Source: Dehalococcoidia bacterium | GTDB taxonomy: Bacteria; Chloroflexota; Dehalococcoidia; UBA2979 | NCBI GenBank assembly: GCA_964291495.2 | Contig: OZ219871.1 | Coordinates: 160,001-224,000, forward strand | DNA: 64,000 nt | Direction: 5' to 3' | Shown here: piece after piece, positions 1 to 9,553 of the stretch | Layout: every line of letters begins with the position of its first letter | How positions within the stretch are numbered: the first letter of the stretch is position 1 | The notes under the pieces: generated by a model | What the model saw: the letters and a program-made list of their open reading frames with translations, nothing else | What the model was told of the DNA's origin: nothing | Databases searched by the model: none | Translations under genes and position numbers: made by a program

Positions 1-339
1 GACGCGGAACAGCCACTCCCAGTCCGCGTCAGTGCTGTCCACGATCGAGGTCTCGACGATCACGCCCGCGTTGCAGCAGAGCAGGTTGACCTCGCCGAAC
101 TCCCCGTAGGCGCGCTCCGCGAGCGCATCCACGGCTGCCCGGTCGGAGACATCCACCTGCACGGCGATCGCCTCGACGCCGCTCGCGCGGGCCGCAGAGG
201 CGACGCGCTCCGCGCTGTCGAGGTCGATGTCGGCGACGACGACGCGCATCCCCGCCTCGACGCAGGCGCCGACGATGCCCTGGCCGATGCCGCTGCCACC
301 GCCGGTGACGACGGCCACCTTGCCCTCGAGTTGCTCCAT
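1..339 (-). CDS. SDR family NAD(P)-dependent oxidoreductase (runs off the window edge; third tandem paralogue)
   Basis: Manual translation from ATG at 339 gives MEQLEGKVAVVTGGGSGIGQG...LLCCNAGV...DWEWLFRV, very similar to 350..1162; absent from the ORF track because it is truncated by the window. Confidence 0.9.
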   Translation of the reverse strand, partial: MEQLEGKVAVVTGGGSGIGQGIVGACVEAGMRVVVADIDLDSAERVASAARASGVEAIAVQVDVSDRAAVDALAERAYGEFGEVNLLCCNAGVIVETSIVDSTDADWEWLFRV

Positions 340-349
340 CGCCGCCGCC

Positions 350-1162
350 TTAGCGCTCGCTGGCCCACTCGTAGGCGGCTCGCAGAGCCTCGTAGCGCTC
401 GTCGATCACCGCGCGGTCGTCGTCCCGCGCGTGCGTGATGATCCAGAAGCGGTCCGCCCGCACGGCGTCGAGCACGCGCCTGCCGACCTCCGCGGGCGCC
501 ATGCCGCCCGCGCCGTCTGTGCGCGTCGCGGGCGTGACCTGGTCCGCGAGGTCCGCCGGCACGTTCCGGTGCCCCTCGAACAGCCGGGTCGTGACCCCGC
601 CCGGGCAGAGCACGGAGACGCCGATACCGGCGTCGGCCACCTCGTGGCGAAGGCGGTCGGTGAGGGCGATAACCGCGTGCTTGCTCGCCGCGTAGGTGCC
701 GACGTCCAGCGGCGGCACGAAGAGGCCCGCGATCGAGCCGGTGTTGACGATGTGCGCCTCGCCCTCCTGCTCGCGCATGCGCGGGGCGAACGCCTGCGCG
801 CCGTGCACCACGCCCATCACGTTCACGCGGAACAGCCACTCCCAGTCGGCGTCAGTGCTGTCCTCGATCGTGGCCTCGATGATCACACCGGCGTTGCAGC
901 AGAGCAGGTTGACCTCGCCGAACTCCTCGTAGGCGCGCTCGGCGAGCGCGTCCATCGCGATCCGGTCGGAGACGTCCACCTCCACGGCGATCGCCTCGGC
1001 GCCGCGCTCGCGGGCCGCCTCGGCGACGCGCTCGGCGCCCTCGAGGTCGATGTCGGCGACGACAACGCGCATCCCGGCCCCCACGCAGGCGTCAATCATC
1101 CCCTCGCCGACGCCGCTGCCGGCGCCCGTGACGACCGCCACCTTGCCCTCGAGCTGCTCCAT
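350..1162 (-). CDS. SDR family NAD(P)-dependent oxidoreductase
   Basis: TGAGSGVG Rossmann motif, CNAG, catalytic YAASK. Confidence 0.95.
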   Translation of the reverse strand: MEQLEGKVAVVTGAGSGVGEGMIDACVGAGMRVVVADIDLEGAERVAEAARERGAEAIAVEVDVSDRIAMDALAERAYEEFGEVNLLCCNAGVIIEATIEDSTDADWEWLFRVNVMGVVHGAQAFAPRMREQEGEAHIVNTGSIAGLFVPPLDVGTYAASKHAVIALTDRLRHEVADAGIGVSVLCPGGVTTRLFEGHRNVPADLADQVTPATRTDGAGGMAPAEVGRRVLDAVRADRFWIITHARDDDRAVIDERYEALRAAYEWASER

Positions 1163-1195
1163 CCCGATCTCCTTCCGTCGGTCCCTGCGCGCCGG

Positions 1196-2014
1196 CTACC
1201 CGGCGCTCGCGGCTGCCTCGTCGAATGCGGCGAGCAGGCGCTGTGCGCGCCGCTCGATCGTGCCGCGGCGCTCCGGGTGCGTGATGATCCAGAAGCGATT
1301 CTCGCGCACGGCCTGCACCACCAGCTCTCCCACCTCGCGCGGTTGCATCCGCTCCACCTCGCGGCGCTCCTGGACCGGCGGCGTGACGCGGCCGCGCAGC
1401 TCCTCGGGCAGGTTGCGATCGGCGGCGAACAGCTGCGTCGCCACCCCGCCGGGGCAGAGGATCGAGACGCCGATGCCGTCGGCCTCGAGCTCGTTGCGCA
1501 GCGTCTCGGAGAGGCCGAGGACGGCGTGCTTCGTCGCGCAGTAGACGCCGACCTCGACCGCGCGGGTGGCCGAGATGCTGGACATCGAGCCGGTGTTGAC
1601 GATGTGCGCCTCGCCGCCCTGCTGGCGCATCCGCGGCACGAACGCCTGGATGCCGTGCACCACGCCGAAGAGGTTGACGCCGAACAGCCACTGCCAGTCG
1701 CCCGGCGTGGTCGAGGCGATCTCGCCCACCGAGATCACGCCGGCGTTGTTGCACAGCAGGTGGACGGCGCCGAAGGCCTCGTACGCGTCGGCGGCGAGCG
1801 CGTCGAGGGCGTCCGGGTCCGTCACGTCCGTCTGCACGGCGATCGCCTCGGCGCCCGTCTCGCGCAGCGCGTTCGCGACGCGCTCGGCCTGGTCTGCCTC
1901 GATGTCCGCGATCACGACGCGCATCCCGGCGTCCGCGCAGGCGGTGGCGATGCCCTCGCCGATGCCGCTGCCGCCGCCGGTGACGACGGCCACCTTGCCT
2001 TCGAGTTGCTCCAC
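1196..2014 (-). CDS. SDR family NAD(P)-dependent oxidoreductase
   Basis: GTG start aligned with the paralogues (VEQLEGKVAVVTGGGSGIG), NNAG, YCATK. Confidence 0.95.
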   Translation of the reverse strand: MEQLEGKVAVVTGGGSGIGEGIATACADAGMRVVIADIEADQAERVANALRETGAEAIAVQTDVTDPDALDALAADAYEAFGAVHLLCNNAGVISVGEIASTTPGDWQWLFGVNLFGVVHGIQAFVPRMRQQGGEAHIVNTGSMSSISATRAVEVGVYCATKHAVLGLSETLRNELEADGIGVSILCPGGVATQLFAADRNLPEELRGRVTPPVQERREVERMQPREVGELVVQAVRENRFWIITHPERRGTIERRAQRLLAAFDEAAASAG

Positions 2015-2103
2015 GAGCGCCTCCCTGCTCCGCGCGCGATGCGCGCCGGGCGGATTGTACGCGGCCATCCTCGATGGAACCCGTGAGGGGGCCGGAGCGG
2101 GAG

Positions 2104-3744
2104 TCAGTTCGCGCCGTAGACCTCGGTGTCGGGGTAGAAGGCGTACCAGCCGAACCAGTAGGCGAGGTGCCCGTTGATGCGCTCGAGGCGTTCGCCGCCG
2201 GGGCCGACGAGCGCCTCCTCGGTCACTCGCCACGCCCCGCCCTCGGCGTCGAGCAGCGCGTCGGGGCCGTCACCGGGCGTGAAGAAGCGGTCGCGCTCGA
2301 AGGCCCGCACCTCGCCGCCGGAGTCGTAGACGACCGGGCCGATGCGCTCGTTGGTGCCCTCGGTCTGGACCTCGCCCCGCGCGGCGACGAGGACGACGGG
2401 TTGATCGCCGACGGCGTCGTTGACGACGCGCTCCTTCGCGATCGCGGTCAGCCGGTAGGCCTTGCGATCGCCCCCGATGCGGAGGCCGTAGACGAAGTTC
2501 TTGAGGGACAGCTCGTTGCTCTCGATCCAGACCGGGAACATCGTGGTGCTCTCGGCGAAGTACTCGCCGTAGGCCGCGCCGGCCTCGTAGGGGCGGTAGT
2601 AGCCGGTGTTGATGTCGATCACGTCGGTCTCGGGATGCTGGGCGAGCCAGTCCTCCCAGGTGGTGAGCACGACCGGGAGCAGGTTGAGCTGGAGCGGATT
2701 TCCGTCGGTGTCCGTGGCGCCGACGAGCTCGCCGAGCACGGGCTTTCCGGTGAACTGGTTCCAGAGCGTGGCCGTGAGGCGATCGTACATCAGCTTGTTG
2801 CTGCGGTAGAGGAAGCCCGAGGTGCCGAACGTGTACATCTCGCCGTTCGGCGCGCGGCCGTCGTAGGCGATGCCCGCGCCGCAGAGCGTGCAGTAGGCGA
2901 GCGAGAAGGGCACGCCTCCGACGATGTCGTTCGTCATCTCGTGCCAGTCCATGATGCGTAGCGGGTAGGCGCGCGCCTCGCCGTTGATGAAGATCCCGAA
3001 CACCGCCTCCTGCGGACCGAGCCAGTCCGCCTCCGCGGGCGCGATCGTGCGCGGCAGGTCGAGCGGCGGGATGCCGTCGACGCGCACTCCGCCCCAGACG
3101 ATTTCCTCGACGCGGATCGCCGAGGCGTGCTGATCGTCCAGGAAGTCCCGGAAGCGCTCGTCGATGTTCGCGTACAGACGGCCCTTCCAGCCCAGATAGC
3201 CCGGCGGCGGAGCCAGCTCGGTCGCGCCGTACCACCTCAGCCAGCTGAAGTAGTCGTAACCGATCGTCTCGCCGGTGAGCAGGTCGAGGGCGTCTCCGTA
3301 CTCGAAGCGATCGGGCCCCACCGAGATCAGGCGGGCGAGGCGCGCGAACAGCATGTCGACCAGCACGGCGACGAAGCGCTGGTCCTCGGCGGCCACGATG
3401 CGCCACAGCGCCTCGCGGGGCGGCCCGTCCACCGGTGAGTGAATGAAGGCGTTCATCAGGTTGGCCGCCTCGCTGTCGGAGATCGGCCCGGCGTCGACGC
3501 CGGGAGGCACCTCGAAGGCGGGCCTGGGCGTGGGCGTCGGCCTGGGTGTGCGCGTGGGCGTCGCGACCTCCGCGGTCGGCGTTGCCGTCGCGACCGACGG
3601 GCCGGCGGTGGGCGTCGCCGCCGGCGTTCCCGGCGCTGCGGTCGCCGTCGCGGGTGCGCCGTCGTCGCGCTCGTCGCCACAGGCAACGAGGCAGGCCGCG
3701 GCGAAGAGGGCGAGCGCGGAGAGCAGAGCCTGACGACGCTGCAT
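2104..3744 (-). CDS. DUF3179 domain-containing lipoprotein
   Basis: Lipobox LVAC, Pro/Thr linker, [38 protein letters not shown]-terminal [12 protein letters not shown]. Confidence 0.85.
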   Translation of the reverse strand: MQRRQALLSALALFAAACLVACGDERDDGAPATATAAPGTPAATPTAGPSVATATPTAEVATPTRTPRPTPTPRPAFEVPPGVDAGPISDSEAANLMNAFIHSPVDGPPREALWRIVAAEDQRFVAVLVDMLFARLARLISVGPDRFEYGDALDLLTGETIGYDYFSWLRWYGATELAPPPGYLGWKGRLYANIDERFRDFLDDQHASAIRVEEIVWGGVRVDGIPPLDLPRTIAPAEADWLGPQEAVFGIFINGEARAYPLRIMDWHEMTNDIVGGVPFSLAYCTLCGAGIAYDGRAPNGEMYTFGTSGFLYRSNKLMYDRLTATLWNQFTGKPVLGELVGATDTDGNPLQLNLLPVVLTTWEDWLAQHPETDVIDINTGYYRPYEAGAAYGEYFAESTTMFPVWIESNELSLKNFVYGLRIGGDRKAYRLTAIAKERVVNDAVGDQPVVLVAARGEVQTEGTNERIGPVVYDSGGEVRAFERDRFFTPGDGPDALLDAEGGAWRVTEEALVGPGGERLERINGHLAYWFGWYAFYPDTEVYGAN

Positions 3745-3824
3745 CGGGTGCACCTCGATCGCGTGAACGTTGCCCAACCAGCGTATGAGCGCGCGCAGGC
3801 GGCGCGCCAGCGCGGCCGCGGCTG

Positions 3825-4685
3825 CTACGCGCCGTCGAGGACCTCAAGCGCCTCGCGCACCATCGCCTCCACCCACTCGGGGCGCTCCAGCGGCGCGAAG
3901 TGCCCGCTGCCCTCGGCCACCCACTCGTAGGCGCGCCGCGGCTGCGAGGCGGCCTCGGGGTCCGTCGTCGAGTGGAGGCCACGCGAGCCGGCGCCGCGGC
4001 CGATCCAGACGGGGCAGTCGAGCTCCGGCAGGGCTGACCACAGCTCGGCCGTGCCGCCTCCGGTGAACACGGCCGCCTCGGTCTCGCGTGCGCAGGCGAG
4101 CTGCACCGTCCCGTCGTTGCCGACCGCACGCAGGCCGGAGTCGACGAACCCCGCGAAGACCTCGGGGTGCCAGGCGTCGTAGGGGGAGCGGGCGCGCAGA
4201 TGCTCGGCGGCGGCCGTGCGGCTGGGCCATTCGTAGCGGCGGCGCAGCGCGACCTCGACCATCTGGTTCGCGTTCCCGCCGCTCGGCCCGCTCGGCGGCT
4301 TCAACGGCGCCTCGATCAGCAGGAGCGCGTCGACGAGGTCCGGACGCTCCAGCGCGAGCAGGGCGCCGACGCCCCCGCCGAGCGAGTGCCCGGCGATCAC
4401 GAGCCCGGACCAGCCCTCGAGGCCCGCGAGCCGCTCGACGTCGTCCGCCATCTCGGCCCAGCGCGCGACCGGGAGGTCGCAGCGCGAGGCGCCGTGGCCG
4501 CGCAGGTCGAGCGCGATCGGGCGGCAGGCATCGGTCAGGGCGGCGGCGGTGGGCCGCCAGACGCCGCGCGTGAAGCCGGTGGCGTGCAGGAACAGCACCG
4601 GACGCAGGCGCTCGCCCTCCCACTCGTCGAGGACGAGCACGGCCTCGCCGAGGTCCACCTCGCGCGTGCGATAGGTCGCGCTCAC
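3825..4685 (-). CDS. alpha/beta fold hydrolase
   Basis: HATGF oxyanion region, DLRGHG, GHSLGG nucleophile elbow, C-terminal GH. Confidence 0.9.
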   Translation of the reverse strand: MSATYRTREVDLGEAVLVLDEWEGERLRPVLFLHATGFTRGVWRPTAAALTDACRPIALDLRGHGASRCDLPVARWAEMADDVERLAGLEGWSGLVIAGHSLGGGVGALLALERPDLVDALLLIEAPLKPPSGPSGGNANQMVEVALRRRYEWPSRTAAAEHLRARSPYDAWHPEVFAGFVDSGLRAVGNDGTVQLACARETEAAVFTGGGTAELWSALPELDCPVWIGRGAGSRGLHSTTDPEAASQPRRAYEWVAEGSGHFAPLERPEWVEAMVREALEVLDGA

Positions 4686-4700
4686 GACGTCACCGGCGGC

Positions 4701-4922
4701 TCATCCGGACCGCGCGGCGGGGCGGCCGATTCGCAGCGAGTGAAGCAGCTGGTGCGTCGCGGCGGCGACCTGGTCGACGGCGGTGTCGAAGGCCTCGGCG
4801 TTGTGCGCGGCGGGCTGGCGGAAGCCACTCACCTTGCGCACGAACTGCAGTGCGGCGGCTTCGATCTCCTCGTCGCCGGCGAGTTGGGCGCCCTCGCGAA
4901 GGGTCTTGATGCTCCTGCACAT
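4701..4922 (-). CDS. DUF2277 family small protein
   Basis: MCRSIKTLR...EIEAAALQFVRKVSGF signature. Confidence 0.85.
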   Translation of the reverse strand: MCRSIKTLREGAQLAGDEEIEAAALQFVRKVSGFRQPAAHNAEAFDTAVDQVAAATHQLLHSLRIGRPAARSG

Positions 4923-4959
4923 GCGCGGAGGGTAGCAGGCGCGGGGCGACCGTCCAGCC

Positions 4960-6186
4960 TCAGGCGGCGGCGTCCTCGGGGGGCGCGAGCTCGCGGTCGC
5001 CGGCGCGGCGCCAGAGCAGCCAGGAGACGACGGCGACGGCGAGCAGCAAGGTGCTGGCTCCGGCGAGCGCGTGGCCGAGGGCGATGCGGGAGACGAGGGC
5101 GCTGAGCGAGAGCATGAGGAAGATCGTCGTGAACTGCGCTGCGAACTGCTGGAGCGAGAGCGCCGTGGCCCGCTCGCTGTCCGGCACGCGCCGCGAGATG
5201 TAGACGGTGCTGATGGGGTGCAGCGCGTTCTGCGCGAAGGGCGCGAGCCCGAACAGCGGCACGAACCAGAGCATGCCCCCGCTGCCGCCGAGCAGGGAGA
5301 GCGCCCCGACGACGGGCAGCACCAGCAACGCCCACCCGACCCCGAGCTGCCGCGAGAACCAGTTCGCGCTCCACCCGCCGGTCGCCGCGACCAGCATCAT
5401 CGCCGCCGCTACCCAGCCGAACGCGCCCACCGGCACCTCGTAGCCGATCAGCACCGGCTGCCACACGGTGAACGCGGCGAATCCGGCCACCCAGGGGAGC
5501 GCGCCCAGCGTCGCCGCCCAGCGCAGCGAGGGCGCGCGCAGCACGCGGCGCGCGGCGGAGAGTCCAGTGCCGAGGAAGGACGCGGCCGGGCCGCCCGGCT
5601 CCCGCGGAGGCTCATCGAGGCGCCACGCGAGGCCGGCGGCCGTAAGCGAGAGGACGCCGCTGGCGGCGATCGGCCAGGACAGCGGCGTGACCGTCGCCAT
5701 CAGGCCTCCGATGATCGTGAAGCCCGCAACCGCGAGCGTCATCATCGCGTTGAGCCGGCCGGCCACCGCCGGGAACTCGCGCACGCGGCCTACCGCGCGC
5801 AGCGCGTCGAACAGGTAGGCGTCGTCCGCGCCGCTCATCAGCGCGGCGCCGATGCCGAAGAGCACGTAGGCGGCAAGCAGGACCGGTAGCCAATCGGCAA
5901 GGGCGAAGACGATGAACCCGGCCGAGATCAGGAATGACCCCGAGAGCATGCTGATCCGCCGACCGTAGCGATCGGCGACGACGCCCGTGGGCACCTCGGA
6001 CAGCAGCAGGCTCGTGAAGAAGACGGCGTCGAAGAGCAGTGCGTGCGCGACCGTCAGGCCGCGCGTCTCGACCAGGTAGACGAACCAGATCGCCTCGCCG
6101 AGCCAGGCCCAGCGCAACACCCACCAGTACGGCAGCAGCCGCAGGCTGCGCTCCATGCGCGCGTCGGTGGGTGGAGACTCCTGCAT
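4960..6186 (-). CDS. MFS transporter
   Basis: About 12 hydrophobic segments; EVPTGVVADRYGRR motif A. Confidence 0.9.
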   Translation of the reverse strand: MQESPPTDARMERSLRLLPYWWVLRWAWLGEAIWFVYLVETRGLTVAHALLFDAVFFTSLLLSEVPTGVVADRYGRRISMLSGSFLISAGFIVFALADWLPVLLAAYVLFGIGAALMSGADDAYLFDALRAVGRVREFPAVAGRLNAMMTLAVAGFTIIGGLMATVTPLSWPIAASGVLSLTAAGLAWRLDEPPREPGGPAASFLGTGLSAARRVLRAPSLRWAATLGALPWVAGFAAFTVWQPVLIGYEVPVGAFGWVAAAMMLVAATGGWSANWFSRQLGVGWALLVLPVVGALSLLGGSGGMLWFVPLFGLAPFAQNALHPISTVYISRRVPDSERATALSLQQFAAQFTTIFLMLSLSALVSRIALGHALAGASTLLLAVAVVSWLLWRRAGDRELAPPEDAAA

Positions 6187-6210
6187 CGGGCGACCGCGCG
6201 CCCGGGCGCG

Positions 6211-6678
6211 CTACTCGCAGCAGGCCGGGTCGTCGCAGACCCCGGGCACGCCGGAGGTCGGGACGATCTCGATCATCGCCGGCTCGTCGTCGGTCACGGT
6301 GTAGACCTCCCAGGCGAGGCCGTCCGGGTCGCTGACCCAGACCTTGTCCTGCTCGGCGTGGCAGCAGACGACGCCGTCCTCGACGCGCGTCTCGAGGCCG
6401 GCCGCGCCGAGCCGTCGCGTCTCCGCGATGACGCGCTCCGTGCTGAACACCTCGACGCCGATGTGGTTGAGGGCCTCGCCGCCCGCCTGCTCGATCAGCA
6501 CCAGCTTGAGCGGCGGATCGGCGACCTCGAAGTTCGCGTAGCCGGGCCGCAGCTTGTGCGGCTCGGTGCGGAACAGCTCCGCGTAGAACGCGACCGCGGC
6601 GTCGAGGTCGGAGACGTTGAGCGCCAGCTGTACGCGGGATTCCGGGGCGACGGAGCTGGTCTCGTGGGTGGTCGTCAT
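6211..6678 (-). CDS. ArsI/CadI-family VOC (glyoxalase-fold) heavy-metal resistance enzyme
   Basis: RVQLALNVSDL, PGYANF..DPPLKLVLIE, LNHIGVEV, CCHAEQDKVWVSDPDG..WE, C-terminal CC. Confidence 0.88.
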   Translation of the reverse strand: MTTTHETSSVAPESRVQLALNVSDLDAAVAFYAELFRTEPHKLRPGYANFEVADPPLKLVLIEQAGGEALNHIGVEVFSTERVIAETRRLGAAGLETRVEDGVVCCHAEQDKVWVSDPDGLAWEVYTVTDDEPAMIEIVPTSGVPGVCDDPACCE

Positions 6679-6770
6679 GATCGCCTCCCTTGGTGGCGGG
6701 TGCGCGCGATGTCTCGATCGATGATCGCCCAATCGCCGCCGGGATGCGAGCGCCTTGCAGCGGGAGACGG

Positions 6771-7928
6771 CTACGGCGCCTCGCGGCCGAGCAGGACCAC
6801 GTCGGTGAAGAGCGCGCCCGCGCCGCCGTTGGTGCACATTGCGACCTCGGCGCCCTCGACCTGGCGGTTGCCCGCCTCGCCGCGCAGTTGCTTGGTGCCG
6901 GAGATCACTTTCTGCAGCAGCTGGGCCGTGCCGGGGTGGGCGAACGACATCGTGCCGCCGTCGGTGCAGACCGGGAACTCGCCGCCGACGCGGATGCGGC
7001 CGTCCATCACGAACGGGCCGCCCTCGCCGGGACCGCAGAAGCCATAGGTCTCGAACTGGCGGATGATCTCGAACGAGAACGGGTCGTAGAACTCGCACAC
7101 GTCGATGTCGGACGGCCCGAGGCCGCAGGCCTCGAACGCCTGCCTCGATGAGTACGACCCGACATCGCCCGTGACGTGCCAGAGCGGCCCGGCCACGTAG
7201 GCCTGCCCGCGCGAGTCGAGCCCGCCGCCGAGGATGTGGATCGGCGTGACGTCGAGGTCGCGCGCGCGCTCGGCGGTGGTGAGCACCATCGCGGCGCCGC
7301 CCTCGCTGGTCATCGCGCAGTCGAGCAGGTGGAACGGGTCGGCGATCATCGCCGAGTTGAGCACGTCGTCGGGCGTGATCACGCGTCCCGTGTAGACCGC
7401 GTCCGGGTTCATCCCGCCGTGCGTGCGGATCGCCGAGGCGACCTCGGCGAGGTGTTCGGGCTTCGTGTCGTACATGTGCATGTGGCGCTGGGCGATCAGC
7501 GCGAACTCGGCGGCGGTGTAGAGGCCGAAGCACTCGACGAACTCGTTCGATGGCCGCGTCCAGGGCGCGGTCGAAGCGCGCTCCGTGTAGGCGCCGGCCT
7601 GGCCGTTGCCGACGACGACGGTGTTGGCGTACCCGGCGGCGATGGCGGCGGCCGCCTGCAGTACCGCGGGGATGCCCATGTTCGCGACGCCCACCCACGT
7701 CGCCCGCCCGCCGAGCTGGTGCACCCACTGGCGCTGCCCGCCGCCACCGCCGGTGCCGGTGCTGACGTTGACGCCGTCGATGTCGGAGACCTGGAGGCCG
7801 GCGTCGGCGATCGCGCCCTTCACCGCGTCGAGGGTGATCGAGAAGGAGCTGTGCTCGTTGAGGTAACGCGACTGCACCGTGTTGTACGCGCCGACGATCA
7901 CGACGTCATGCAGATCCTTGCGCGGCAT
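6771..7928 (-). CDS. thiolase-family protein, SCP-x/lipid-transfer (non-canonical) type
   Basis: IADPFHLLDCAMTSEGGAA, FYDPFS, TDGGTMSFAHPG, QLRGEAGNRQV; no canonical CxSG nucleophile. Confidence 0.88.
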   Translation of the reverse strand: MPRKDLHDVVIVGAYNTVQSRYLNEHSSFSITLDAVKGAIADAGLQVSDIDGVNVSTGTGGGGGQRQWVHQLGGRATWVGVANMGIPAVLQAAAAIAAGYANTVVVGNGQAGAYTERASTAPWTRPSNEFVECFGLYTAAEFALIAQRHMHMYDTKPEHLAEVASAIRTHGGMNPDAVYTGRVITPDDVLNSAMIADPFHLLDCAMTSEGGAAMVLTTAERARDLDVTPIHILGGGLDSRGQAYVAGPLWHVTGDVGSYSSRQAFEACGLGPSDIDVCEFYDPFSFEIIRQFETYGFCGPGEGGPFVMDGRIRVGGEFPVCTDGGTMSFAHPGTAQLLQKVISGTKQLRGEAGNRQVEGAEVAMCTNGGAGALFTDVVLLGREAP

Positions 7929-8055
7929 AGCGGCTCCGTCATCAACTCGGCGGCGGGTTCGTGGCCGTCATGCTAGCCGTACCAGCGCGCAGCATCGAGC
8001 CGGGCGCGCTGGCGGCATGCACGCACCAGCGGGACAATGACCCGCGGGAGGCGAG

Positions 8056-8487
8056 ATGAGCGACCGCGACACCGACCTGCAACGCAACGCCGAGGCGACC
8101 GCACGCCTGCGCAACCTCGTCGAGCGCCTCGATGCTGCCGACCTCGATCGGTCGCTGGGTGGGGGCTGGACGGTGGCGTTCGCCCTCGTGCACCTCGCCT
8201 TCTGGGACGCCCGCCATGACGCCGCGCTGCAGGTCTACGTGGGCGGCGAGGCGTTCCCGGGTGACGACGAGGCAACCAACGCGACACTGGAATCGATCGT
8301 TGGCCTGTTCGACCCCAACGCCGCCGGCCCCACCGCCGTCGAGGCAGCCGAGCGACTCGACGCGACCTCGAGGGGCCTCTCGGTCGAGCAGCGCTCCGCG
8401 CTGCGCGATGCGGGACAGGAGTACGCGTTCCGCCGCTGGCCCCACCGCGAGGAGCACGTCGCCCAAATCGAGGCGGTGCTCCCGTAG
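8056..8487 (+). CDS. DinB / maleylpyruvate isomerase N-terminal-like protein
   Basis: GWTV...LVHLAFWD and H..EH..QI metal-binding histidines; GGGAGG RBS. Confidence 0.75.
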   Translation: MSDRDTDLQRNAEATARLRNLVERLDAADLDRSLGGGWTVAFALVHLAFWDARHDAALQVYVGGEAFPGDDEATNATLESIVGLFDPNAAGPTAVEAAERLDATSRGLSVEQRSALRDAGQEYAFRRWPHREEHVAQIEAVLP

Positions 8488-8732
8488 GAGACCTTTCGAA
8501 ACCCTCTCCTCAAGGCAGCGAGCGCATCCCTTCCGGTCCCCTCTCCCCGAGGGAGAGCCAGTGCTTTGTGGGGGGAGTCCCCCCACGCCCCCCTGGGTGA
8601 GGGGGGGTCCGCCCTCCGGAATTGCGTTGCACCATCGGGGCTCGGAGGCGCGCGGGAGTCCTCCCCTCACCCCCGCCCTCTCCCCAGGGAGAGGGAGCCG
8701 GATCGGGCTTGTGGAAGTTTCGCAACGGTCTC
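8488..8732. mobile_element. putative non-autonomous MITE (245 bp) containing REP-like palindromes
   Basis: Left end GAGACCTTTCGAAAC; right end GTTTCGCAACGGTCTC (reverse complement GAGACCGTTGCGAAAC); CGTAG repeated directly on both flanks (8483-8487, 8733-8737). Confidence 0.65.
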
Positions 8733-8755
8733 CGTAGGGAGCCGCACGGCGCGGA

Positions 8756-9103
8756 TCAGGCCGGTGCGAGCGAGAGCCGGTAGCCGACCTGGCGGACCGT
8801 CTGCAGGTAGCGCGCAGCCGGGCCGATCTTCGAGCGGATGCGCGAGACGAGGACCGCGAGGCGGGCCCGGTGGTCGTCCTCGGCGGCGCCCCACAGCGCC
8901 TCGGCGATCTGGTCGTAGGCGACCACGCGGCCACCGCCCTCGGCGATGACGTAGAGCGTCTCGAACTCCATGTAGGTGAGTGGGGCGGGATCGTCGGCGA
9001 CGGTGACCCGGAAGCGCTCACGGTCCACGACCAGGTCACCGACCGTGATCCGCGCCTCGGGAGCGCCGTCTGCTGGTGGACTGCCGATGAGATTGCTGGT
9101 CAT
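8756..9103 (-). CDS. stand-alone OmpR/PhoB-type winged-helix DNA-binding protein, GlnR-like, no receiver domain
   Basis: GDLVVD...LTYMEFE.L......GRV....I...LWG...VSRIRSKIG....TVRQVGYR. Confidence 0.8.
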   Translation of the reverse strand: MTSNLIGSPPADGAPEARITVGDLVVDRERFRVTVADDPAPLTYMEFETLYVIAEGGGRVVAYDQIAEALWGAAEDDHRARLAVLVSRIRSKIGPAARYLQTVRQVGYRLSLAPA

Positions 9104-9125
9104 CGTCTCGCCTGGGTCCGTTGCC

Positions 9126-9176
9126 GCCGGGCCCCGGAGGCGCCTCCCGCGAGGGGAGGACGCCTCCAGGGCCGGC
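9126..9176. other. long GC-rich hairpin between glnK and the wHTH gene (terminator or RNA-stability element)
   Basis: GGAGGCG-CCTCCC / GGGAGG-A-CGCCTCC arms, extended by GCCGG/CCGGC; no U-tract. Confidence 0.45.
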
Positions 9177-9214
9177 GTCAGACCGCTGCGCTCCACGCCA
9201 GGAACAGGAGGTTC

Positions 9215-9553
9215 CTAGAGCGCAGCCTCGTCCGCTTCTCCGGTACGGATCCGCACCGCCCTGGCGACCGGGCTGACGAAGATCTTGCCGTCCCCGACCT
9301 GCCCGGTGCGGGCCGCGTCCACGATGCGCTCGACGATCGCATCCACGTCCTCATCCTTGACGACGAGCTCGATCTTCACCTTCGTCAGGTACTCGACCGC
9401 GAAAGTGCGGCCTCGCCACTGCTCGGTCACGCCGCGCTGGGTGCCGTGGCCGCGCACTTCCGTCAGCGTCATGCCGGCGTGGTCGAGGTCCTCGAGCGCC
9501 GTCTTGACCACGTCCAGCTTCTCGGGGCGAATGATCGCCTCAACTCTCTGCAT
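9215..9553 (-). CDS. glnK: P-II nitrogen regulatory protein
   Basis: EAIIRPEKL, T-loop region, ARTGQVGDGKIFV..V...VRIRTGE; 112 aa; overlaps the 3' end of amtB. Confidence 0.95.
   Translation of the reverse strand: MQRVEAIIRPEKLDVVKTALEDLDHAGMTLTEVRGHGTQRGVTEQWRGRTFAVEYLTKVKIELVVKDEDVDAIVERIVDAARTGQVGDGKIFVSPVARAVRIRTGEADEAAL

Noticed and set aside
2104-3744. DUF3179 protein as a selenoprotein
   Set aside because: The frame is open with YCTLC; its terminal TGA follows the family's normal C-terminal motif
6211-6678. Arsenic-resistance operon around the ArsI/CadI-like gene
   Set aside because: No arsR, arsC, acr3 or arsM adjacent; the downstream MFS has no feature tying it to arsenic
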